IMG/VR virus record: IMGVR_UViG_3300033183_000491
Location: 62,001-126,000 of that record
Strand: one strand, 5' to 3'
DNA: 64,000 nucleotides
Of the stretch, positions 1-10,287 are shown piece by piece. The notes under the pieces were generated by a model, which saw only the letters and a program-made list of their open reading frames with translations, was not told the DNA's origin and searched no databases. The translations under genes and the position numbers were made by a program. The number at the start of each line of letters is the position of its first letter. The stretch's first letter is position 1.

Positions 1-81
1 GATTTTTATTCTGCATCTAATAAGCATATTGACAAGATCATCATGTCTTTCTAATAATATTTGTTCTTTTTTGTTAGTCAT
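1..81 (-). CDS. hypothetical protein, 3'-truncated by window edge
   Basis: ATG at 81 with GAGG RBS; open frame MTNKKEQILLERHDDLVNML... runs off the edge. Confidence 0.6.
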   Translation of the reverse strand, partial: MTNKKEQILLERHDDLVNMLIRCRIKI

Positions 82-120
82 TTTAACCTCACAGATATAT
101 ACTTATAAATATGATAACAA

Positions 121-825
121 TTAACTTCTGTTAATAAAAGAATTAACTGTTACAGGCCATAATTCAGAAATTATATTTAACATTTCGTTTGCTAATTGTT
201 GAATTTCCCATTGTGCACCTTCATGAGTTCTAAGTTCAATAAACTTAAGAATATTATTTAAATTAGCTGTAGCATAATATTCAGTATATAAATTTTGTGG
301 AAGAATTCCTCTTGCTTGCTCTCTACAAACACCCACTGACAGAAGAGTATCAAATAATTTTAATGAATCTTTATGATAATTTTTAATAGCTTCTGAAACT
401 GTAACTGTTAACGGAGTTGAGCTATAATCTGTATTAAACGAAATTTCTGGATTAATTAAATCTTCAATGTTAGACGATTGTCTATTGGATTTATGTTGAG
501 TCCTAAAAGACTCAGGTTGATAGAATTCTAAATTAGAATCTGTATATCTTCGGCTGATTTCGTTATAAGACCATGTTCTATGCCTATGATGTTGAGATCT
601 AACAAAAAGTGGGACTTTAATTCTAAAGGTTGCAATATTATGCTCAAGAGTTGAAGTATGTTTATGATTAATAAGATAATTGATTAGTTTTTCATCTTTT
701 TGGTCTAAAGAGTCTTTATGAACTCCGAAAGAAACTCTTGCTGAATTTACTACGGTGATATCTTCTCCGACATGTTGTACTAATTCAATTTTACCAATAT
801 TATCATCATATAAATAATTTGTCAT
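121..825 (-). CDS. thyX: FAD-dependent thymidylate synthase ThyX
   Basis: SARVS, H.S.LEH, RHRTWSYNEISRRY signature, EQARGILP, AQWEI. Confidence 0.97.
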   Translation of the reverse strand: MTNYLYDDNIGKIELVQHVGEDITVVNSARVSFGVHKDSLDQKDEKLINYLINHKHTSTLEHNIATFRIKVPLFVRSQHHRHRTWSYNEISRRYTDSNLEFYQPESFRTQHKSNRQSSNIEDLINPEISFNTDYSSTPLTVTVSEAIKNYHKDSLKLFDTLLSVGVCREQARGILPQNLYTEYYATANLNNILKFIELRTHEGAQWEIQQLANEMLNIISELWPVTVNSFINRS

Positions 826-847
826 TAAATTTCCTCTGTTTTAATGA

Positions 848-877
848 ATTATAAATTTATAATTAAACCAATTACAC
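848..877 (-). promoter_or_regulatory. sigma70-type promoter GTGTAA-18-TATAAT
   Basis: read directly upstream of thyX; member of an 8-site family. Confidence 0.6.
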
Positions 878-880
878 TTA

Positions 881-1645
881 TTAATCTTCACTATCAGTGT
901 CATTTAATGGTTTTTCAAAGTGATAAAATGCTCCACCTGTATGTCCATCATGGATCAAAGTTGCAAAGCATCTAGCAACAGGACCTCCAAGTTTATCTTT
1001 TAGAGCTTTGTAGTAAGGATGGTTTTTAATTTCTTTCGGGATTCTCCACGAAGAAGAAGTTGAATACCCCGTATCGTACTTAATAAAATTAAATCCTGTA
1101 TTTGTACCTAGTTCGATAAAGTCTTCGTGAACTGGAAAATTTACGTGTCCAATTTTATGCTCTTTTTCAGGGGAATGAAACTGAGTATCTTTTGTGTTCA
1201 TTGGAAATCCTAATACCATTTTTCCGCCAGGACGAAGTATTCGATAAAGCTCTTTCATAATATAAGGATAGTTATGATCTTCAATATGCTCAAAAACTTC
1301 AGATGAAACCATAATATCAAACATTTCATCGTCATAAGGAAGTCCTGTTGTAATATCATGCTGTTTTAGCTGAAATTTGTTACTTTGTTTACTCCATGCC
1401 ATATCGATGTATTTTTGTTGATAATCAATACCATAATACTCTGTAAAGACAAAAAGACTTTTCATAAAGGTCCATAAACGTCCATTATAACATCCGATAT
1501 CTAAGAGTTTAGGTTGATTTTTTCCATCATATCCATTCTCTACACACCATTTCCTTACAGCTTCAACTAGGTAATTCTGTGAAAAAACAATAAATTGACA
1601 ATCAATAAGAGTTTGAGGATGTGATTTTTTTTGGATAGCAACCAT
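881..1645 (-). CDS. class I SAM-dependent methyltransferase
   Basis: LLDIGCYNG motif I, YGID, FDIMVSSEVFEHI, RILRPGG. Confidence 0.9.
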   Translation of the reverse strand: MVAIQKKSHPQTLIDCQFIVFSQNYLVEAVRKWCVENGYDGKNQPKLLDIGCYNGRLWTFMKSLFVFTEYYGIDYQQKYIDMAWSKQSNKFQLKQHDITTGLPYDDEMFDIMVSSEVFEHIEDHNYPYIMKELYRILRPGGKMVLGFPMNTKDTQFHSPEKEHKIGHVNFPVHEDFIELGTNTGFNFIKYDTGYSTSSSWRIPKEIKNHPYYKALKDKLGGPVARCFATLIHDGHTGGAFYHFEKPLNDTDSED

Positions 1646-1691
1646 TTAATTATATAACCTTTCATGATTTATTTGTTAATAAGATTATATA

Positions 1692-1720
1692 ATTTTAATA
1701 ATTAATGTTTAAATTTACAC
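1692..1720 (-). promoter_or_regulatory. promoter GTGTAA-17-TAAAAT
   Basis: upstream of the methyltransferase gene. Confidence 0.6.
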
Positions 1721-2509
1721 TAAATTTTCATCAAGGCCGTAATATAATTTTTCTGCCCATGGAATAACATCCCATTTTTTATCTGAAATGTTGTGGTGAC
1801 CTACAATACTGTAATTAGATGCTTCCTTAACAGACATAACATCTAAACTTTCACAAACAGGTTTGTCTTCTAATCCAGTAGCTTCTCTTAATGATTGTAA
1901 AAATTGTCGACAAATATCAGCAAATTCATCACCAATCATTACCGTTTTGCGACCTTTTACTCTAGAATCAGGAATATTGCAAACTTGAAGTTGTGCATCT
2001 GGATACCAGTTTTTTGTTTTTTCCCAATATTTCTCTTCAGGATGCATACAAATATCAATACCGATAGAGTACTTATTAAACTTTCCTGCATGATATGCTG
2101 CAAGACCTGTATCTAAACACTGTAAGATTTCATATTCACCTGACTTGTGATTTCTACCAATTAAGAAATGTGATGATACATGGCGACCTCTTGCCATATT
2201 AAATACATTATAACAATGTCTCGTATTTAAACCTCCCCAGTGTACGCAAATAGTAGACGGTGCTGCTTTCCTTGTATACCAGTTCTTTGTTCCATCATCA
2301 AGTTCATATAGAGGTGCAGACCAGTCAACTTCTAACGGTGCATCAATAGGAACTACTTTTCCCATATGCATAATAACTGGCATTCCATAATAGTTTTTGA
2401 CTGCATTGTGAGTTGCAGGCCCATAAACTCCGTCAGCTTTAGCGCCTACTTCTTGTTGAAGAGATGTTACATAGTCTCTATTACTGTTTAATGTACTAAA
2501 TTGTTCCAT
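1715..2509 (-). CDS. N-acetylmuramoyl-L-alanine amidase (Amidase_2) with N-terminal PG-binding motif; likely endolysin
   Basis: LQ..VG..ADGVYGP.T PG-binding motif; ICVHW, VSSHFLI, AYHAG..N..SIGID, IVGH, KWD zinc-amidase motifs. Confidence 0.88.
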   Translation of the reverse strand: MEQFSTLNSNRDYVTSLQQEVGAKADGVYGPATHNAVKNYYGMPVIMHMGKVVPIDAPLEVDWSAPLYELDDGTKNWYTRKAAPSTICVHWGGLNTRHCYNVFNMARGRHVSSHFLIGRNHKSGEYEILQCLDTGLAAYHAGKFNKYSIGIDICMHPEEKYWEKTKNWYPDAQLQVCNIPDSRVKGRKTVMIGDEFADICRQFLQSLREATGLEDKPVCESLDVMSVKEASNYSIVGHHNISDKKWDVIPWAEKLYYGLDENLV

Positions 2510-2538
2510 TTTATTTTCTTTCTAAAAATTTTTATTTA

Positions 2539-3402
2539 TTACCAATCGTCGCCTAATTCTTCACTAAATATGTCAGAATCAAATACTAAATTAGGTAACT
2601 CACGTTCGGGAATTTCATTAACATCAAAGTACGGATCATCTTCATAAACATCAGGATTTTCTACTAAGTAAAGTATCTTTTTAAGAGATAGTGAATAATG
2701 ACGTCCTCTATTATACGGTGAACTATCAAAAACTGCAATTAAAAATCTTAAAGACTCAGCGTCGTTCTCATCAAACTCTGATGAGTTTGATTGGACAAAA
2801 TCTGCGAGTGTTGAAAGTTCAGTTCTCCAATCTTCTTGCGTTAAATTTTGCAAATAATTTATATAATCTTCACTTTTTTCTTCACCTGATAGTATGTTCT
2901 TAAATGAATCGTATTTATATTCATGTTCATTTTCAATAAAATTATTGACTTCTGAACTTTTTCCTAAAACTAAAGCAAATTCTTCTGTAGAAAGACTAGA
3001 CAATTGTTTAGGTGTTAATTCAGAAATTGTCTTATTTCCCTTAGAAGGTACTGTTGTGTTTTCTATAGTATTAACAGCTCTGTCTATATTATCGTTATTA
3101 ATTTCTAAATTGTTTTTTGCTAAATAAAAGCAAGTTAAAAGAGTCAAAATCTTAATTGGTACTGCATTAGTTTTATTTTTCTTTAATAAATTTTGATTGC
3201 TATTTTTTTTATCTAATTTATAATCTAGTCTATCTTTAGACTTTAATGCTTTGTTGACTTTAGATAAATCTTTTTCGCTTGGGGTAAATCCAAGTTTTTT
3301 CTTGAAAAAGTCAAGAATCCTACCTTCTATAAGAAGATCTTCTTTATTATCTTCAAAGTAAAAAAATTCTTTTATATAATTTTCTATTAATACTTCAGAC
3401 AT
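2539..3402 (-). CDS. hypothetical protein, possible internal head protein
   Basis: 287-aa ORF; N-terminal LIENYIKE...LLIEG leader, acidic C-terminus. Confidence 0.6.
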   Translation of the reverse strand: MSEVLIENYIKEFFYFEDNKEDLLIEGRILDFFKKKLGFTPSEKDLSKVNKALKSKDRLDYKLDKKNSNQNLLKKNKTNAVPIKILTLLTCFYLAKNNLEINNDNIDRAVNTIENTTVPSKGNKTISELTPKQLSSLSTEEFALVLGKSSEVNNFIENEHEYKYDSFKNILSGEEKSEDYINYLQNLTQEDWRTELSTLADFVQSNSSEFDENDAESLRFLIAVFDSSPYNRGRHYSLSLKKILYLVENPDVYEDDPYFDVNEIPERELPNLVFDSDIFSEELGDDW

Positions 3403-3459
3403 GTTTTAATCTTTCGAGTTTATGTTTTATTAATTATATATTAATAGAAAATTATAGTT

Positions 3460-4065
3460 TTAAACTAAATCAATAGTGACATTTACAGTTCCTTTCAACG
3501 TAGGAACTCTTAGTTGCTGAACTATATTATGTTCTTTAGCTTCTTCTGCTTCCAAAAACCAATCAGCATGCCCTTTATCATGAATAAGATTCATAAAATA
3601 GTCATCAGGTTTTCCACAGTTTCTTGCCATCATTGTATATAATTTTTTATTTAATCTATCTGCTTCCCTAGCATCTGCCTTCATTTCTTCAACTTTACCA
3701 AACGCTGAAGATGAAACATCATGTATCATGAGGACAGCGTCTTTATCCATGAATCTTAAACCTTCTTCACCGAAAGAAGACAAAATTGCTCCGCAAGACA
3801 TTGCTTTCCCTTTAACAATTGTAGCGATAGGAATTGTTGAAGATTTAATCGATCCAATCATCGATAATAGAGAATAAGCTTGTCCACCATAAGAATCAAT
3901 AACTACCGGGATAACTTTTTGACCTGTGTTTTGTGCAGCGCTAACTAGAGTTGCAAATTCATTTGCAGATTCCTCAGTAAATTCATTAACTATAATAACT
4001 ACAGGGTCATTCCTAAGTTCAACTTCTTTAATAAGAGGAGATACGTCTGCAATAAAATTAATCAT
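3460..4065 (-). CDS. clpP: ClpP-like serine protease
   Basis: IDSYGG, GKAMSCGA (Ser), LMIHD (His), DWFLEAEEA (Asp). Confidence 0.92.
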   Translation of the reverse strand: MINFIADVSPLIKEVELRNDPVVIIVNEFTEESANEFATLVSAAQNTGQKVIPVVIDSYGGQAYSLLSMIGSIKSSTIPIATIVKGKAMSCGAILSSFGEEGLRFMDKDAVLMIHDVSSSAFGKVEEMKADAREADRLNKKLYTMMARNCGKPDDYFMNLIHDKGHADWFLEAEEAKEHNIVQQLRVPTLKGTVNVTIDLV

Positions 4066-4130
4066 ATTTTTTTAATAACCTTCCGTTTGTATTTGTAATA
4101 TTATAATAAGATTTTAAAGATTTTATTTAA

Positions 4131-4373
4131 TTACATCTTTTTTAATTCGTCAAGAGAAACAGATCCGATTTTTCTTGAGATTTCTTTTCCATCTTCTAGT
4201 ACTACAAATGTAGGAACATTCATAACTTGAAATTGTGTTGCTTTATCCATGTCAATTGATATATCAATTATCTTCATATTAAGTTCAGATTTGATTTCTT
4301 CATTTAACATTGATTTCATATGTCTACAAGGTCCACACCACGGTGAACTAAAAAATAGTATTTCTTTATTCAT
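4131..4373 (-). CDS. trxA: thioredoxin
   Basis: WCGPC active site, VPTF cis-Pro motif, adjacent to nrdB. Confidence 0.93.
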   Translation of the reverse strand: MNKEILFFSSPWCGPCRHMKSMLNEEIKSELNMKIIDISIDMDKATQFQVMNVPTFVVLEDGKEISRKIGSVSLDELKKM

Positions 4374-4385
4374 TGTTTTTCTTTC

Positions 4386-5351
4386 TTATCCTATTAATTC
4401 CCATCCCCAACTATCACCACTCATACCATCTGCATTATAATCAGTGACAGTTCCTTCGAAGAAGTTTTTAAAACTATCTCCGTTAATAATCCAGTCTAAC
4501 CAGTCTAAAGGATTTGTTTTTACCTTGAAGTTAGGTTTAAGTCCTAATTGAATTAATCGACGGTCAGCTAGATATCTAATATATTGTTTTACTTCTTCTT
4601 TATCTAATCCTTCAATTTGTCCCATCTCGTAAGCTAAGTCAATAACTTTATCTTCTAATTTAACAGCTTGTCGATACATTTTATAAATAGATTTTTTAAA
4701 TTCATCATTTATAATTCGTGGATGTTCTTTTACATATTCTCTAAATAATTGAGTCATTCCTTGAACATGCATTGTCTCGTCTCTAATAGACCATTCAACA
4801 ATTTCGCACATTCCTTTCATTTTTCCAAACCTTTGATAGTTTAATAACATAACAAACGCTGAAAATAGACTCATTCCTTCGTTACATGCAGACTGAGCAA
4901 GAGCCAAACCTAATCCTTTTTTAGTACTTACATCATTTTGTTGCATGAATTCAATTTTGTCACTCATTTCTTTATATTCAAGAAAGGCTCCATATTCTTC
5001 TTCGGGTAGACCAAGGGTATCATTTAAAAGAGCATAACTTCTTTGATGAGTTCCTTCTCGATTTGCAAAACTTAATAACATACTCCTAATTTCATTATTC
5101 TTAAATTTAGGAATAAATAAGTCACAATAGTTTCCACCAACTTGTACATCACTTTGAGTAAATAATCTAAGGATTTGTGTAATGTGATTTTTCTCTTCAG
5201 AAGAGATTTTTCCACCTTTCCATTGATTTACATCTTCAGCTAATTTAGCTTCCCAACTTCCCCAGTGAATTTTTTCATGACTTTCAGCTATTTCCATTGC
5301 CCATGGGTATTTAAACGGTTTATATGTTGTGTTATATTTTAGTAATGACAT
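4386..5351 (-). CDS. nrdB: class Ia ribonucleotide reductase beta subunit
   Basis: YKPFKYPW, FTQSD, EGTHQRSY (radical Tyr), EGMSLFSAF, RDETMH, NFFE...DY. Confidence 0.96.
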   Translation of the reverse strand: MSLLKYNTTYKPFKYPWAMEIAESHEKIHWGSWEAKLAEDVNQWKGGKISSEEKNHITQILRLFTQSDVQVGGNYCDLFIPKFKNNEIRSMLLSFANREGTHQRSYALLNDTLGLPEEEYGAFLEYKEMSDKIEFMQQNDVSTKKGLGLALAQSACNEGMSLFSAFVMLLNYQRFGKMKGMCEIVEWSIRDETMHVQGMTQLFREYVKEHPRIINDEFKKSIYKMYRQAVKLEDKVIDLAYEMGQIEGLDKEEVKQYIRYLADRRLIQLGLKPNFKVKTNPLDWLDWIINGDSFKNFFEGTVTDYNADGMSGDSWGWELIG

Positions 5352-5386
5352 TGTCGTTTAACCTTTGTAAAATCCTTGTATAATAA

Positions 5387-6445
5387 TTATCCTTGACAGC
5401 TTAAACATTCTTCAGGGTCAGCAAAATCTTTAAGTCTATCTTGTTCTACCTTTTGACTAACTTTTTCTGCAGAAGCACCGGCATTTGTTCTTAGATAATA
5501 TAAACCTTTTAATTTCTTTTTCCAAGCTCTAATATGAACTGCATTTACAACAGATTTATCAGTTCCAGCGGGAAAGAATAAATTAACACTTTGTCCTTGA
5601 CAAATAAACTCTTGTCTATCTCCAGCATGATCAACAATCCACCTTTGATCTAGTTCGAATGCAGTTTTAAAAACTTCTTTATGCCAATCTGACATATATT
5701 CTAAATGTTGTACAGAACCTTCAGCCAAAATAATTGATTTCCATTGTTCTTTCATCCATTCTTCAATATTATTATCATTTTCTGTGCAATAACTTCTTAG
5801 AACATTTTCTAGATGTGGATTTTTAACTAAGTAAGATCCGACTCTTGTTCTATGAGTATAGGCATTACTTTTCCAAGGTTCAATCGAAGGAGATGTACCT
5901 GCGATAATAGAAGAATTAGCGTTAGGAGCAATAGCTAATAGGTGAGAATTTCTAACATTATGACCAATACCATCCGGGCATTCACCTTTTATTTTAGATA
6001 ACTCTATTGTTTTCTGTTTTGCTTTTTCTTTAATATCCATGAATATACCTTTGTTTGCAGCAACTGCAATACCAGATTCAAACGGGATATTCTTTTTCTG
6101 TAGGTATGCGTGGAATCCCATGGCACCTAAGCCTAAACTTCTTTCAGATTGTGCAGATTTAATTGCTCTTTCTAAAGCTGGAGGTGCGTTATTAACAAAA
6201 TAAGAAATAACATTATCAAGATATTCTATAAGATCAGCAACAATTGATGTATCTTTCCATTCGTCATATTTTTCAATATTTAAAGAGCTTAAACAACAAA
6301 CTGCGCTTCTTTCAGGAGAAGTGCTAAGATGGATCTCGTTGCAATTGTGAACAAGTATATTATTTGCAAAAAAATTACTATTGTCTTTAACAGTTATATC
6401 GAAGACAGTCTCTTTAGCTTCTCTTTTAATTATTTTTAGTCCCAT
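5387..6445 (-). CDS. nrdA: NrdA C-terminal half fused to split-intein C fragment (IntC 34 aa, 6344-6445)
   Basis: MGLKII...VFDITV...FFANNILVHN then CNEI; CCLSSLN, LGLGAMG, AIAPNANSS, QGQSVN, KGLYY, CLSCQG. Confidence 0.95.
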   Translation of the reverse strand: MGLKIIKREAKETVFDITVKDNSNFFANNILVHNCNEIHLSTSPERSAVCCLSSLNIEKYDEWKDTSIVADLIEYLDNVISYFVNNAPPALERAIKSAQSERSLGLGAMGFHAYLQKKNIPFESGIAVAANKGIFMDIKEKAKQKTIELSKIKGECPDGIGHNVRNSHLLAIAPNANSSIIAGTSPSIEPWKSNAYTHRTRVGSYLVKNPHLENVLRSYCTENDNNIEEWMKEQWKSIILAEGSVQHLEYMSDWHKEVFKTAFELDQRWIVDHAGDRQEFICQGQSVNLFFPAGTDKSVVNAVHIRAWKKKLKGLYYLRTNAGASAEKVSQKVEQDRLKDFADPEECLSCQG

Positions 6446-7184
6446 ATTTCCTACCTTTTATCCATTCTTCATTATTAAGTATATCAATTTCTTTTTTACT
6501 CATTTGCCTTGAAATTTTAAGTTTTTCGTTAGAGTACCAAACTTTTCCTGATAAAGACTTAGAAAGTTTTTTACTGTGACTATTTGTTCTTTTATATTTA
6601 AAATCATCATCTTTTAAATTATACAAATCTTTCATTGCATTTACAAAACCTTTTAAACCTGATCCGTATTTTTTAAATCTAAATTTTGAATAAGACTTTG
6701 GAAAGCCATAGACTTCTGAACTATATATTTGCCACTTTCTTTTAGGTAATTGACCTTCTTTTTTAAAATAAGAAAAAGCTGCTTCTAATATTTCTTCATC
6801 TGTAAATCCTGTATATGTTGGATTTTTTTCTCCTGAAATTGCAATTGATTTTTTTCTTATCCATTCATCATATTTTTCATCGGGTACTACCCATCCTCCG
6901 TCACCGCCTATAGTCATATTATAGCCATTTTTAAAAGTATCATAATATTCTATATAATACTTTTCTTTTTCTAAGGCTTCCTCTTTAGAACTACATTCGC
7001 AAATTACTTTAGATACTATGTTTTTAGGACTGTGTTTTCTAATTGCTCTATAAAAGTGTGTATCTAATCCTGATTGTGCATTTGTAATATGTTTATGTAA
7101 TCTTTTTGACAACGTTAGTCCTGTATATCCAATATACGACTTATTTGTTTGCTTAAAAGTGTGCATATATATTATATATTTCAA
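6426..7184 (-). mobile_element. free-standing GIY-YIG homing endonuclease between the nrdA halves
   Basis: IIY...SYIGYT, conserved R, E and GYNMTIGGDG; NUMOD-like C-terminus (GEKNP, GKVW...WIKGR); TTG start with AAGGAG RBS. Confidence 0.92.
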
Positions 7185-7242
7185 AACGTCTCCTTAAGTC
7201 TGTAAATGAATTTCAATAATAAATATACATCTAGCGATCAAA

Positions 7243-8418
7243 TTAAGAAAAAACTAACTCATCGTCTTCTTTAAGATCTTTAGCTTTTACGTAGCCTCTA
7301 TTTGTAGTGTATACTTTATGATCAGGAGTACAAACTATTTTTTGACCAGACTCTTCGTCTATAATTTCAAGTACTTCCGCGTTTTTACTAATTAATCCTG
7401 CATCAGTAATTTCTTTGTATTCAATTTCTTCTGTATCAATATTGTAAGACAAAACAAAAACTTCTTTTCCTTCATTGAAAAGATTAACAACTTCTTCTAA
7501 TGATATTTGAGAATTTGGAACATTGTCAATTAATACATCAATTTTTGTATCTCCTGTTAAACAAAGATTTGAACCGTGAATTTTTAACCCTAAATCTTTT
7601 TGAAATTGTGGGAGATGTCTATTTGCTTCGTCAATAAAATTGACATAAGGCTCACCTGTCCTAAACCTAACTTGTAGTATTCTCTGCCAAAGTTGTCTTG
7701 CATCTATAGAATCTCTAATAGAACCGTCATTCGGATCAATAAGATTCCATTTTTCTCCTTTTAAAACTGCTTCCATAAAATCATCTGTAATATTTACAGC
7801 ATTATTTAGATTAAAGCATTTGCGATTTACATCACCACCAGTTGGAACTCTAATGTTAAGAAATTCAACGATATCGGGATGTGAAATATCAAGATAAGCT
7901 GCATATGAACCTTTTCTTGTTTTTCCTTGTCGATAAGCTGTCATATCGCTATCGACTGTTTTAAGAAAAGGCACTGGACCGGGAGAAATTGTACTATTTG
8001 ACCTAACGTCACTCCAATGTCCTCCAACGCCTCCTCCTTTTACAGACATCCAACGTAACTCATCTGAATGAGAGATTAGTCCTTCAAGAGAGTCATCAAC
8101 ATATGTTAAAAAACAAGAAATAGGTAATCCTCTTGTCGTTTCTCCTGGTTTAGGAGCATTTGACAGAATTGGAGAACTAAACATAAACCAGCCTTTTGAA
8201 GCATAATCATAAATTCTTTGAGCTAATTCTAAATTATTTATATTGTTTTCTTTTGTATAAAGATCACCTGAAAATGCTACAGCTGCTCTGGCAAAACTTT
8301 CTTGAGGAGATTCTTCATAATCATTCATATAATAATCTCTTAGTAAGTTTTTTGAAAAGTCTGTAAGTAAATTATCCCTATCTAAATCTATAGTAATACC
8401 ATAGCATTCTTTTTTCAT
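7243..8418 (-). CDS. nrdA: NrdA N-terminal half fused to split-intein N fragment (IntN 106 aa, 7246-7563)
   Basis: FSSPIL, PISCF, GGGVG, QGKTRKG, HPDI.EFL, TGEPY, GSNL then CLTGD...CTPDH...DLKEDDEL; no ATP cone. Confidence 0.95.
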   Translation of the reverse strand: MKKECYGITIDLDRDNLLTDFSKNLLRDYYMNDYEESPQESFARAAVAFSGDLYTKENNINNLELAQRIYDYASKGWFMFSSPILSNAPKPGETTRGLPISCFLTYVDDSLEGLISHSDELRWMSVKGGGVGGHWSDVRSNSTISPGPVPFLKTVDSDMTAYRQGKTRKGSYAAYLDISHPDIVEFLNIRVPTGGDVNRKCFNLNNAVNITDDFMEAVLKGEKWNLIDPNDGSIRDSIDARQLWQRILQVRFRTGEPYVNFIDEANRHLPQFQKDLGLKIHGSNLCLTGDTKIDVLIDNVPNSQISLEEVVNLFNEGKEVFVLSYNIDTEEIEYKEITDAGLISKNAEVLEIIDEESGQKIVCTPDHKVYTTNRGYVKAKDLKEDDELVFS

Positions 8419-8432
8419 AAATATTCCTTTAT

Positions 8433-8918
8433 TTAATCTGAACTTCCTATCTTGCCTGATTTTCTCCGGGAAGAATCGGTAATATTTAAATATTCGTCTT
8501 CATCGACAATAGAAAATTCATTGTCACATTTAACAACAACAATTTGTACAGGAAGTTTTTTATATGAATCAAGTTTATATTCTTCAGACCCTGTGTTAAT
8601 TAAATTGACAAAAACTTCCCCAGTATATCCACTATCAATTACTCCCGCTCTAACTTTAAGTGGTGTTTTAGTAATCGATCCTCTTTCTTGAATAAGAGCA
8701 ACATAACCTTTTGGAACCTTCATTTTTAATCCTGTTCCAATTAAAGATTTGTGATTCTTAGGTAAAACAGTTTGAGGAAGAATTGTAACACGATCTCCTG
8801 CGTTATATAAATCTAATCCTGCACTCTCTCCATTATATGCAGGAATATAGTCTTTTACATCTATATTATTTATATTTAAAGCTAATTTTAAACTTTCCAT
8901 TAAACAAATATTAATCAT
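8433..8918 (-). CDS. dut: trimeric dUTPase
   Basis: SAGLDL, ERGS, GVIDSGYTGE, R..G.IGSS motifs; start uncertain. Confidence 0.93.
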   Translation of the reverse strand: MINICLMESLKLALNINNIDVKDYIPAYNGESAGLDLYNAGDRVTILPQTVLPKNHKSLIGTGLKMKVPKGYVALIQERGSITKTPLKVRAGVIDSGYTGEVFVNLINTGSEEYKLDSYKKLPVQIVVVKCDNEFSIVDEDEYLNITDSSRRKSGKIGSSD

Positions 8919-10287
8919 CTTTTTTATTTACCTCTTTCCATTTTTCTCTTAATTTCTCTTTCATAGAGTGATTATCTTGAGTAACTACTTCATTTAGTGT
9001 AAGTTCAGTATCATCAAGAATATCAAATTTTGATTTTGCTGTATCGATGTTGATTGGAAAAAGCAAACCATCTCTACCAGCCCTGTTTTTTGCTACGAAT
9101 ATACGTCCTCCACCAGTTGACTTTTCCATAGGTTTTCTACTAATTGAAAGAACAACATCAGCTACTTGAGCTTTTCCATAAGATTCGCCAAGATTTTCCA
9201 AACCAACAACGTCAGATTTTGAAGAATCTTTATTAGCTTGTGAAGCTGTCCAAATAGGAATATTTAATTCAACTGCGAGGTTTCTTAGTTCAGTATATAT
9301 TAATTTTAATTCATGACGTAAAGAGTCATAAGCTTTAGAAGATTTCATAACATCAGCATAGTCAACCGTAACTAGACTTGGTTTAAATCCTTTTAAAGTA
9401 AGTTTTTCAATATGATTACGCAAAGTCATAACTGACGCAGAACCAGTTGGATATTCTTTAATAATAAGTTTTCCTAAATCCATCGATTTATATTTGTCAA
9501 TGACTTCTTGTTTTCTCTCAATGATTTCATTTGAAGGAATATCACATAAGTTCGAATCATATCTCTTACCTGTATCATGTTCTGATAATTCAAATGTATA
9601 GTGAATAACATTTTTACCAGCACGCATAGCTGCACATCCCATTGCTACCAAAAAGTGAGATTTACCAACACCTGTATTAGCTGCAATAACACCTAATTCT
9701 CCTCTTCCAAGACCACCCCTTAAAATATCAGGAGCATCAATCCTATCTAAACCTGTTGGACAAACTTGACGATTAATTTGAACAAAGCGAGCTTCAATAT
9801 CATCAAAGAAATCATGGCCTGCAGTATTAGGCATACCAACAGAAATAGCTTCTTTCATAATGTTTAAAACAGATTCATATTTTTCTGTTTGAATAAGTTC
9901 AACGCTTTGTTCTAGAGCATCGCGAAAAGCTTGTCTTTTACAAAATTCGAGTGATTTATCTTTTACATATTGTAAATCACCCATATCAGGATTTGTTTTC
10001 ATCCTGTGGAGATATTCAATGATTTGATCTCTTAAGACATGGTCTTTTGATTTAGAAAGATCTTCTTTGATAATAGTTATTAAGATTGTAAGTGTTGGAA
10101 AAGTTTTATATTTCTGATAGTATGAGTAATATCTTTCACATAGATAAGAAAGATATTTTAGATCAAAATAGTCTGAACTCATAACTTCGATCATTTGTGC
10201 AGACCAATGAACATCAGTTAACATACTTTGAAAGACTTTTTCTTGAAAAGCTTTTCCAAATTTAGAGAAGTTTTTTTCTTGACTCAT
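8911..10287 (-). CDS. DnaB/T4 gp41-like replicative helicase
   Basis: ANTGVGKS Walker A, FELSE, IIKEYPT, VDYAD, WTASQANK, KNRAGRDG. Confidence 0.94.
   Translation of the reverse strand: MSQEKNFSKFGKAFQEKVFQSMLTDVHWSAQMIEVMSSDYFDLKYLSYLCERYYSYYQKYKTFPTLTILITIIKEDLSKSKDHVLRDQIIEYLHRMKTNPDMGDLQYVKDKSLEFCKRQAFRDALEQSVELIQTEKYESVLNIMKEAISVGMPNTAGHDFFDDIEARFVQINRQVCPTGLDRIDAPDILRGGLGRGELGVIAANTGVGKSHFLVAMGCAAMRAGKNVIHYTFELSEHDTGKRYDSNLCDIPSNEIIERKQEVIDKYKSMDLGKLIIKEYPTGSASVMTLRNHIEKLTLKGFKPSLVTVDYADVMKSSKAYDSLRHELKLIYTELRNLAVELNIPIWTASQANKDSSKSDVVGLENLGESYGKAQVADVVLSISRKPMEKSTGGGRIFVAKNRAGRDGLLFPINIDTAKSKFDILDDTELTLNEVVTQDNHSMKEKLREKWKEVNKKDD

Noticed and set aside
6426-7245. Group I intron interrupting nrdA
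   Set aside because: Flanks encode clear intein N and C fragments with their own stop and start, leaving only ~58 nt non-coding, too little for an intron core
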